Assembly (NCBI RefSeq): GCF_009914755.1
Contig: NC_060927.1
Source: the human T2T-CHM13v2.0 reference genome, Homo sapiens
Strand: one strand, 5' to 3'
Length of the DNA stretch: 64,000 nt
Of the stretch, positions 39,101 to 51,100 are shown piece by piece. Under the pieces are notes generated by a model that did no database searches, was not told where the DNA came from, and saw nothing but the letters and a program-made list of their open reading frames with translations. The position numbers and the translations under genes are program-made. The number at the start of each line of letters is the position of its first letter. The stretch's first letter is position 1.

Positions 39101-42100
39101 TCGTTGTCTACCGTAGGCTTCAAAGCACTCAAAGTATTCACTTGGAACTTTTACAAAAAGAGTGTTAGAAAACTGCTCTTTCCAAAGTAAGGTTCAACTC
39201 TGTGAGTTGAATGCACACATAACAAACAAGAAGTTTCTGAGAATTCTTCTGTCCTAGTTTATATGAAAAAATCCCGTTTCCAACGAAGGCCTCAAAGACG
39301 TTTAAATATCCACTTGCAGACTTCACAAACAGAGTGTTTCCAAACTGCTCTATGAAAAGAAAGGTTAAACTCTGTGAGTTGAACGCACACATCACAAAGT
39401 AGTTTCTGAGAATGATACTGTCCAGTTTTTATACGAAGAGATTTCCTTTCCTACCATTGGCGTCAAAGCGCTAGAATTCTCCACTTGCAAATTCCACAAA
39501 AAGAGGGTTTCCAATCTTCTCTGCCTAAAGGCAGGTTCAACTCTGTGAGTGGAATACACACACACAAGGAAGCTACTGAGAATTCTTTTGTCAAGAATTA
39601 TAAGAAGAAGTCCCGTTTCCAACGAAGGCCTCAAAGAGTTCCAAATATCCACTTGCACACTGTACAAACTAAGTCTTTCCAAACTGCTCTATGCAAAGAA
39701 ATGTTCAACCCTGTGAGTTTAATGCACACATCACAAAGCAGTTTCTGAGAATGATTCCCTCTAGTTTTTATACGAAGATAGCCTTTTCTACCATTGGCCT
39801 CAAGGCTCTTGGAATCTCCACCTGAAAATTCCGCAAAAAGCGTGTTTCCAATCCGCTCTGTCTAAAGGAAGGTTCAACTCTCTGAGTTGAATACATACAT
39901 CCCAAAAGAAGTTACTGAGAATTCTTCTGTCTAGCATAATGTGAAGAAATCCTGTTTCCAACGAAAGCCTCAAAGAGGTCCTAATATCCAGTTGCAGAAT
40001 TTACAAATTGACTGTTTCCAAACTCATCTATGAAAAGAAAGGTTAAACCCTGTGAGTTGAACGCACATATCACAAAGTAGTTCCTGAGAATGATTCTGTC
40101 TAGTTTTTATACGAAGATATTTCCTTTTCCACCAATGGCCTCAAAGTGCTTGAAATCTCCCCTTGCAAATTCCACAGAAAAGTGTTTCAAATCTGCACTG
40201 TCTGAAGGAAGGTTCAACCCTGTGAGTTGAATACACACACACAGAAAAAAATTCACTGAGAATTCTATTGTCTATCATTACACGAAGAAATCCCGTTTAC
40301 TACGAAGGCCTCAAAGAGGTCCAAATATCCAGCTGCAGACATTACAAACTCAGTGTTTCCAAAGTGCTCTATGAAAAGAAGTGTTAAACACTGTGAGTTC
40401 AATGCACACATCCCAAAGCAGTTTCTGAGAATGATTCCGTCTATTTTTTCTACGAAGATATTTCCTTTTCTACCGTTGGCCTCAAAGCGCTTGAAATCTC
40501 CACTTGCAAATTCCACGAAAAGAGAGTTTCAAATCTGCTCTGTCTAAAGGAAGGTTCAACTCTGTGAGTTGAATACACACCACAAAAAGAAGTTACTGAG
40601 AATTCTTCTGTCTAGAATTATATGAAAAATCCCGTTTCCAACGAAGGCCACAAAGAGGTCCAAATATCCACTTACAGATTCTGCAAAAAGAGTGTTTCCA
40701 AACTGCTCTATGAAAAGAAACGTTAAACTCTGTGAGTTGAACGCAAACATCACAAAGTAGTTTCTGAGAATGACTCCGTCTAGTTTTTATACGAAGATAT
40801 TTCCTTTTCTACCGTTGGCCTCAAAGCGCTTGAAGTCTCCCCCTGAAAATTCCACAAAAAGTGTTTCCAATCTGCTCCGCCTAAAGGAAGCTTCAGCTCT
40901 GTGAGTTGAATACCCACAACCCAAAGAAGTTACTGAGAATTCTTCTGTCTAGCATTACATGAAGAAATCCCGTTTCCAACGAAGGCCTCAAATACATCCA
41001 GATATCCAGTTGCTGACTTTACAAACTGAGTGTTTCCAAACTGCTCTATGAAAGGAAAGGTTAAACACTGTGAGTTGAACACACACGTACCAAAGTAGTT
41101 TCTGAGAATGATTCTGTCTAGTTTGCATACGAACATATTTCCTTTTCTACCATTGGCCTCAAAGCTTTGAAATCTCCACTTGCAAATTCCACAAAAAGAG
41201 AGTTTCAAATCTGCTGTTTCTAAAGGAAAGTTCAACTCTGAGAGTTGAATACACACCAGAAAAAGCAGTTACTGAGAAGTCTTCTGTCTAGCATTATATG
41301 AAGAAATCCCATTTCCAACGAAGACTTCAAAGAGGTCCAAATATCCACTTGCAGATTCTGCAAAAAGAGTGTTTCGAAACAACTGTATGAAAAGAAAGGT
41401 TAAACGCTGTGAGTTGAAGGCACACATTGCAAAACAGTTTCTGAGAATGATTCCGTCTAATTATTATACGAAGGTATTTCCTTTTCTATCATGGGCCGCA
41501 AAGCGCTTGATACCTCCACCTGAAAATTCCACAAAAAGAGTGTTTCCAATCTACTCTGTCTAAAGGAACGTTCAACTCTGTGAGTTGAATACACACACAC
41601 AGAAAGAATTCACTGAGAGTTCTTCTGTCTGGCATTACATGAAGAAATCCCGTTTCCAACGAAGGCCTCAAAGAGGTCCAAATATCCACTTGCAGATTCT
41701 GCAAAAAGAGTGTTTCAAAACCGCTCCATGAAAAGGAATGTTGAACTCTGTGAGTTGAATGCAAACATCACAACTCAGTTTCTGAGAATGCTTCTGACTA
41801 GATTTTATGGTCAGATATTTCCTTTTCTACCATAGGCTTCAATACCCTCTAAATACACCCTTGCAAATTCTACAAAGAGACTGTTTAATAACTGCTGTAT
41901 AGGAAGAGAGGTTGAACTCTGTGAGTTGAATGCAGAGATCACAACGTGGTTTCGGCGAATGATTCTTCGCAGTTTTTACATGAAGATATTTCGTTCTCTA
42001 CCGTAGGCTTCAAAGCACTCAAAGTATTCACTTGGAACTTTTACAAAAAGAGTGTTAGAAAACTGCTCTTTCCAAAGTAAGGTTCAACTCTGTGAGTTGA

Positions 42101-45100
42101 ATGCACACATAACAAACAAGAAGTTTCTGAGAATTCTTCTGTCCTGGTTTATATGAAAAAATCCCGTTTCCAACGAAGGCCTCAAAGACGTTTAAATATC
42201 CACTTGCAGACTTCACAAACAGAGTGTTTCCAAACTGCTCTATGAAAAGAAAGGTTAAACTCTGTGAGTTGAACGCACACATCACAAAGTAGTTTCTGAG
42301 AATGATACTGTCCAGTTTTTATACGAAGAGATTTCCTTTCCTACCATTGGCGTCAAAGCGCTAGAATTCTCCACTTGCAAATTCCACAAAAAGAGAGTTT
42401 CCAATCTGCTCTGCCTAAAGGCAGGTTCAACTCTGTGAGTTGAATACACACACAAAGAAGCTACTGAGAATTCTTTTGTCAAGAATTATAAGAAGAAATC
42501 CCGTTTCCAACGAAGGCCTCAAAGTGTTCCATATATCCACTTGCACACTGTACAAACTAAGTCTTTCCAAACTGCTCTATGCAAAGAAATGTTCAACCCT
42601 GTGAGTTTAATGCACACATCACAAAGCAGTTTCTGAGAATGATTCCCTCTAGTTTTTATACGAAGATAGCCTTTTCTACCATTGACCTCAAGGCTCTTGG
42701 AATCTCCACCTGAAAATTCCGGAAAAAGCGTGTTTCCAATCCGCTCTGTCTAAAGGAAGGTTCAACTCTCTGAGTTGAATACATACATCCCAAAAGAAGT
42801 TACTGAGAATTCTTCTGTCTAGCATTATGTGAAGAAATCCCGTTTCCAACGAAAGCCTCAAAGAGGTCCTAATATCCAGTTGCAGAATTTACAAACTGAC
42901 TGTTTCCAAACTCATCTATGAAAAGAAAGGTTAAACCCTGTGAGTTGAACGCACATATCACAAAGTAGTTCCTGAGAATGATTCTGTCTAGTTTTTATAC
43001 GAAGATATTTCCTTTTCCACCAATGGCCTCAAAGTGCTTGAAATCTCCCCTTGCAAATTCCACAGAAAAGTGTTTCAAATCTGCACTGTCTGAAGGAAGG
43101 TTCAACCCTGTGAGTTGAATACACACACACACAGAAAAAAATTCACTGAGAATTCTATTGTCTATCATTACACGAAGAAATCCCGTTTACTACGAAGGCC
43201 TCAAAGAGGTCCAAATATCCAGCTGCAGACATTACAAACCGAGTGTTTCCAAAGTGCTCTATGAAAAGAAGTGTTAAACACTGTGAGTTCAATGCACACA
43301 TCCCAAAGCAGTTTCTGAGAATGATTCCGTCTATTTTTTCTACGAAGATATTTCCTTTTCTACCGTTGGCCTCAAAGCGTTTGAAATCTCCACTTGCAAA
43401 TTCCACGAAAAGAGAGTTTCAAATCTGCTCTGTCTAAAGGAAGGTTCAACTCTGTGAGTTGAATACTCACCACAAAAAGAAGTTACTGAGAATTCTTCTG
43501 TCTAGCATTATATGAAAAATCCCGTTTCCAACGAAGGCCACAAAGAGGTCCAAATATCCACTTGCCGATTCTGCAAAAAGAGTGTTTCCAAACTGCTCTA
43601 TGAAAAGAAACGTTAAACTCTGTGAGTTGAACGCAAACATCACAAAGTAGTTTCTGAGAATGACTCCGTCTAGTTTTTATACGAAGATATTTCCTTTTCT
43701 ACCGTTGGCCTCAAAGCGCTTGAAGTCTCCCCCTGAAAATTCCACAAAAAGTGTTTCCAATCTGCTCCGCCTAAAGGAAGCTTCAGCTCTGTGAGTTGAA
43801 TACCCACAACCCAAAGAAGTTACTGAGAATTATTCTGTCTAGCATTACATGAAGAAATCCCGTTTCCAACGAAGGCCTCAAATACATCCAGATATCCAGT
43901 TGCTGACTTTACAAACTGAGTGTTTCCAAACTGCTCTATGAAAGGAAAGGTTAAACACTGTGAGTTGAACACACACGTACCAAAGTAGTTTCTGAGAATG
44001 ATTCTGTCTAGTTTGCATACGAACATATTTCTTTTTCTACCATTGGCCTCAAAGCTTTGAAATCTCCACTTGCAAATTCCACAAAAAGAGAGTTTCAAAT
44101 CTGCTGTTTCTAAAGGAAAGTTCAACTCTGAGAGTTGAATACACACCAGAAAAAGCAGTTACTGAGAAGTCTTCTGTCTAGCATTATATGAAGAAATCCC
44201 ATTTCCAACGAAGACTTCAAAGAGGTCCAAATATCCACTTGCAGGTTCTGCAAAAAGAGTGTATCGAAACAACTGTATGAAAAGAAAGGTTAAACGCTGT
44301 GAGTTGAAGGCACACATTGCAAAGCAGTTTCTGAGAATGATTCCGTCTAATTATTATACGAAGGTATTTCCTTTTCTATCATGGGCCTCAAAGCGCTTGA
44401 TACCTCCACCTGAAAATTCCACAAAAAGAGTGTTTCCAATCTACTCTGTCTAAAGGAACGTTCAACTCTGTGAGTTGAATACACACACACAGAAAGAATT
44501 CACTGAGAATTCTTCTGTCTGGCATTACATGAAGAAATCCCGTTTCCAACGAAGGCGTCAAAGAGGTCCAAATATCCACTTGCAGATTCTGCAAAAAGAG
44601 TGTTTCAAAACCGCTCCATGAAAAGGAATGTTGAACTCTGTGAGTTGAATGCAAACATCACAACTCAGTTTCTGAGAATGCTTCTGACTAGATTTTATGG
44701 TCAGATATTTCCTTTTCTACCGTAGGCTTCAATGCCCTCTAAATACACCCTTGCAAATTCTACAAAGAGACTGTTTAATAACTGCTCTATAGGAAGAAAG
44801 GTTGAACTCTGTGAGTTGAATGCAGAGATCACAACGTGGTTTCGGCGAATGATTCTTCGTAGTTTTTACATGAAGATATTTCGTTGTCTACCGTAGGCTT
44901 CAAAGCACTCAAAGTATTCACTTGGAACTTTTACAAAAAGAGTGTTAGAAAACTGCTCTTTCCAAAGTAACGTTCAACTCTGTGAGTTGAATGCACACTT
45001 AACAAACAAGAAGTTTCTGAGAATTCTTCTGTCCTGGTTTATATGAAAAAATCCCGTTTCCAACGAAGGCCTCAAAGACGTTTAAATATCCACTTGCAGA

Positions 45101-48100
45101 CTTCACAAACAGAGTGTTTCCAAACTGCTCTATGAAAAGAAAGGTTAAACTCTGTGAGTTGAACGCACACATCACAAAGTAGTTTCTGAGAATGATACTG
45201 TCCAGTTTTTATACGAAGATATTTCCTTTCCTACCATTGGCGTCAAAGCGCTAGAATTCTCCACTTGCAAATTCCACAAAAAGAGGGTTTCCAATCTGCT
45301 CTGCCTAAAGGCAGGTTCAACTCTGTGAGTTGAATACACACACACAAAGAAGCTACTGAGAATTCTTTTGTCAAGAATTATAAGAAGAAATCCCGTTTCC
45401 AACGAAGGCCTCAAAGAGTTCCTAATATCCACTTGCAGACTGTACAAACTAAGTCTTTCCAAACTGCTCTATGCAAAGAAATGTTCAACCCTGTGAGTTT
45501 AATGCACACATCACAAAGCAGTTTCTGAGAATGATTCCCTCTAGTTTTTATACGAAGATAGCCTTTTCTACCATTGGCCTCAAGGCTCTTGGAATCTCCA
45601 CCTGAAAATTCCGCAAAAAGCGTGTTTCCAATGCGCTCTGTCTAAAGGAAGGTTCAACCCTCTGAGTTGAATACATACATCCCAAAAGAAGTTACTGCGA
45701 ATTCTTCTGTCTAGCATTATGTGAAGAAATCCCGTTTCCAAGGAAAGCCTCAAAGAGGTCCTAATATCCAGTTGCAGAATTTACAAACTGACTGTTTCCA
45801 AACTCATCTATGAAAAGAAAGGTTAAACCCTGTGAGTTGAACGCACATATCACAAAGTAGTTCCTGAGAATGATTCTGTCTAGTTTTTATACGAAGATAT
45901 TTCCTTTTCCACCAATGGCCTCAAAGTGCTTGAAATCTCCCCTTGCAAATTCCACAGAAAAGTGTTTCAAATCTGCACTGTCTGAAGGAAGGTTCAACCC
46001 TGTGAGTTGAATACACACACACAGAAAAAAATTCACTGAGAATTCTATTGTCTATCATTACACGAAGAAATCCCGTTTACTACGAAGGCCTCAAAGAGGT
46101 CCAAATATCCAGCTGCAGACATTACAAACTGAGTGTTTCCAAAGTGCTCTATGAAAAGAAGTGTTAAACACTGTGAGTTCAATGCACACATCCCAAAGCA
46201 GTTTCTGAGAATGATTCCGTCTATTTTTTCTACGAAGATATTTCCTTTTCTACCGTTGGCCTCAAAGCGCTTGAAATCTCCACTTGCAAATTCCACGAAA
46301 AGAGAGTTTCAAATCTGCTCTGTCTAAAGGAAGGTTCAACTCTGTGAGTTGAATACTCACCACAAAAAGAAGTTACTGAGAATTCTTCTGTCTAGCATTA
46401 TATGAAAAATCCCGTTTCCAACGAAGGCCACAAAGAGGTCCAAATATCCACTTGCCGATTCTGCAAAAAGAGTGTTTCCAAACTGCTCTATGAAAAGAAA
46501 CGTTAAACTCTGTGAGTTGAACGCAAACATCACAAAGTAGTTTCTGAGAATGACTCCGTCTAGTTTTTATACGAAGATATTTCCTTTTCTACCGTTGGCC
46601 TCAAAGCGCTTGAAGTCTCCCCCTGAAAATTCCACAAAAAGTGTTTCCAATCTGCTCCGCCTAAAGGAAGCTTCAGCTCTGTGAGTTGAATACCCACAAC
46701 CCAAAGAAGTTACTGAGAATTCTTCTGTCTAGCATTACATGAAGAAATCCCGTTTCCAACGAAGGCCTCAAATACATCCAGATATCCAGTTGCTGACTTT
46801 ACAAACTGAGTGTTTCCAAACTGCTCTATGAAAGGAAAGGTTAAACACTGTGAGTTGAACACACACGTACCAAAGTAGTTTCTGAGAATGATTCTGTCTA
46901 GTTTGCATACGAAGATATTTCCTTTTCTACCATTGGCCTCAAAGCTTTGAAATCTCCACTTGCAAATTCCACAAAAAGAGAGTTTCAAATCTGCTGTTTC
47001 TAAAGGAAAGTTCAACTCTGAGAGTTGAATACACACCAGAAAAAGCAGTTACTGAGAAGTCTTCTGTCTAGCATTATATGAAGAAATCCCATTTCCAACG
47101 AAGACTTCAAAGAGGTCCAAATATCCACTTGCAGGTTCTGCAAAAAGAGTGTATCGAAACAACTGTATGAAAAGAAAGGTTAAACGCTGTGAGTTGAAGG
47201 CACACATTGCAAAGCAGTTTCTGAGAATGATTCCGTCTAATTATTATACGAAGGTATTTCCTTTTCTATCATGGGCCTCAAAGCCCTTGATACCTCCACC
47301 TGAAAATTCCACAAAAAGAGTGTTTCCAATCTACTCTGTCTAAAGGAACGTTCAACTCTGTGAGTTGAATACACACACACAGAAAGAATTCACTGAGAGT
47401 TCTTCTGTCTGGCATTACATGAAGAAATCCCGTTTCCAACGAAGGCCTCAAAGAGGTCCAAATATCCACTTGCAGATTCTGCAAAAAGAGTGTTTCAAAA
47501 CCGCTCCATGAAAAGGAATGTTGAACTCTGTGAGTTGAATGCAAACATCACAACTCAGTTTCTGAGAATGCTTCTGACTAGATTTTATGGTCAGATATTT
47601 CCTTTTCTACCGTAGGCTTCAATGCCCTCTAAATACACCCTTGGAAATTCTACAAAGAGACTGTTTAATAACTGCTCTATAGGAAGAAAGGTTGAACTCT
47701 GTGAGTTGAATGCAGAGATCACAACGTGGTTTCGGCGAATGATTCTTCGTAGTTTTTACATGAAGATATTTCGTTGTCTACCGTAGGCTTCAAAGCACTC
47801 AAAGTATTCACTTGGAACTTTTACAAAAAGAGTGTTAGAAAACTGCTCTTTCCAAAGTAAGGTTCAACTCTGTGAGTTCAATGCACACTTAACAAACAGG
47901 AAGTTTCTGAGAATTCTTCTGTCCTGGTTTATATGAAAAATCCCGTTTCCAACGAAGGCCTCAAAGACGTTTAAATATCCACTTGCAGACTTCACAAACA
48001 GAGTGTTTCCAAACTGCTCTATGAAAAGAAAGGTTAAACTCTGTGAGTTGAACGCACACATCACAAAGTAGTTTCTGAGAATGATACTGTCCAGTTTTTA

Positions 48101-51100
48101 TACGAAGATATTTCCTTTCCTACCATTGGCGTCAAAGCACTAGAATTCTCCACTTGCAAATTCCACAAAAAGAGGGTTTCCAATCTGCTCTGCCTAAAGA
48201 CAGGTTCAACTCTGTAAGTTGAATACACACACACAAAGAAGCTACTGAGAATTCTTTTGTCAAGAATTATAAGAAGAAATCCCGTTTCCAACGAAGGCCT
48301 CAAAGAGTTCCAAATATCCACTTGCACACTGTACAAACTAAGTCTTTCCAAACTGCTCTATGCAAAGAAATGTTCAACCCTGTGAGTTTAATGCACACAT
48401 CACAAAGCAGTTTCTGAGAATGATCCCCTCTAGATTTTATACGAAGATAGCCTTTTCTACCATTGGCCTCAAGGCTCTTGGAATCTCCACCTGAAAATTC
48501 CGCAAAAAGCGTGTTTCCAATGCGCTCTGTCTAAAGGAAGGTTCAACTCTCTGAGTTGAATACATACATCCCAAAAGAAGTTACTGCGAATTCTTCTGTC
48601 TAGCATTATGTGAAGAAATCCCGTTTCCAACGAAAGCCTCAAAGAGGTCCTAATATCCAGTTGCAGAATTTACAAACTGACTGTTTCCAAACTCATCTAT
48701 GAAAAGAAAGGTTAAACCCTGTGAGTTGAACGCACATATCACAAATTAGTTCCTGAGAATGATTCTGTCTAGTTTTTATACGAAGAAATTTCCTTTTCCA
48801 CCAATGGCCTCAAAGTGCTTGAAATCTCCCCTTGCAAATTCCACAGAAAAGTGTTTCAAATCTGCACTGTCTGAAGGATGGTTCAACCCTGTGAGTTGAA
48901 TACACACACACAGAAAAAAATTCACTGAGAATTCTATTGTCTATCATTACACGAAGAAATCCCGTTTACTACGAAGGCCTCAAAGAGTTCCAAATATCCA
49001 GCTGCAGACATTACAAACTGAGTGTTTCCAAAGTGCTCTATGAAAAGAAGTGTTAAACACTGTGAGTTCAATGCACACATCCCAAAGCAGTTTCTGAGAA
49101 TGATTCCGTCTATTTTTTCTACGAAGATATTTCCTTTTCTACCGTTGGCCTCAAAGCGCTTGAAATCTCCACTTGCAAATTCCACGAAAAGAGAGTTTCA
49201 AATCTGCTCTGTCTAAACGAAGGTTCCACTCTGTGAGTTGAATACACACCACAAAAAGAAGTTACTGAGAATTCTTCTGTCTAGCATTATATGAAAAATC
49301 CCGTTTCCAACGAAGGCCACAAAGAGGTCCAAATATCCACTTGCAGATTCTGCAAAAAGAGTGTTTCCAAACTGCTCTATGAAAAGAAACGTTAAACTCT
49401 GTGAGTTGAACGCAAACATCACAAAGTAGTTTCTGAGAATGACTCCGTCTAGTTTTTATACGAAGATATTTCCTTTTCTACCGTTGGCCTCAAAGCGCTT
49501 GAAGTCTCCCCCTGAAACTTCCACAAAAAGTGTTTCCAATCTGCTCCTCCTAAAGGAAGCTTCAGCTCTGTGAGTTGAATACCCACAACCCAAAGAAGTT
49601 ACTGAGAATTCTTCTGTCTAGCATTACATGAAGAAATCCCGTTTCCAACGAAGTCCTCAAATACATCCAGATATCCAGTTGCTGACTTTACAAACTGAGT
49701 GTTTCCAAACTACTCTATGAAAGGAAAGGTTAAACACTGTGAGTTGAACACACACGTACCAAAGTGGTTTCTCAGAATGATTCTGTCTAGTTTGCATACG
49801 AAGATATTTCCTTTTCTACCATTGGCCTCAAAGCTTTGAAATCTCCACTTGCAAATTCCACAAAAAGAGAGTTTCAAATCTGCTGTTTCTAAAGGAAAGT
49901 TCAACTCTGAGAGTTGAATACACACCAGAAAAAGCAGTTACTGAGAAGTCTTCTGTCTAGCATTATATGAAGAAATCCCATTTCCAACGAAGACTTCAAA
50001 GAGGTCCAAATATCCACTTGCAGGTTCTGCAAAAAGAGTGTTTCGAAACAACTGTATGAAAAGAAAGGTTAAACGCTGTGAGTTGAAGGCACACATTGCA
50101 AAGCAGTTTCTGAGAATTATTCCGTCTAATTATTATACGAAGGTATTTCCTTTTCTATCATGGGCCTCAAAGCGCTTGATACCTCCACCTGAAAATTCCA
50201 CAAAAAGAGTGTTTCCAATCTACTCTGTCTAAAGGAACGTTCAAATCTGTGAGTTGAATACACACACACAGAAAGAATTCACTGAGAGTTCTTCTGTCTG
50301 GCATTACATGAAGAAATCCCGTTTCCAACGAAGGCCTCAAAGAGGTCCAAATATCCACTTGCAGATTCTGCAAAAAGAGTGTTTCAAAACCGCTCCATGA
50401 AAAGGAATGTTGAACTCTGTGAGTTGAATGCAAACATAACAAGTCAGTTTCTGAGAATGCTTCTGACTATATTTTATGGTCAGATATTTCCTTTTCTACC
50501 ATAGGCTTCAATGCCCTCTAAATACACCCTTGCAAATTCTACAAAGAGACTGTTTCATAACTGCTCTATAGGAAGAAAGGTTGAACTCTGTGAGTTGAAT
50601 GCAGAGATCACAACGTGGTTTCGGCGAATGATTCTTCGTAGTTTTTACATGAAGATATTTCGTTGTCTACCGTAGGCTTCAAAGCACTCAAAGTATTCAC
50701 TTGGAACTTTTACAAAAAGAGTGTTAGAAAACTGCTCTTTCCAAAGTAAGGTTCAACTCTGTGAGTTGAATGCACACATAACAAACAAGAAGTTTCTGAG
50801 AATTCTTCTGTCCTGGTTTATATGAAAAAATCCCGTTTCCAACGAAGGCCTCAAAGACGTTTAAATATCCACTTGCAGACTTCACAAACAGAGTGTTTCC
50901 AAACTGCTCTATGAAAAGAAAGGTTAAACTCTGTGAGTTGAACGCACACATCACAAAGTAGTTTCTGAGAATGATACTGTCCAGTTTTTATACGAAGATA
51001 TTTCCTTTCCTACCATTGGCGTCAAAGCACTAGAATTCTCCACTTGCAAATTCCACAAAAAGAGGGTTTCCAATCTGCTCTGCCTAAAGGCAGGTTCAAC

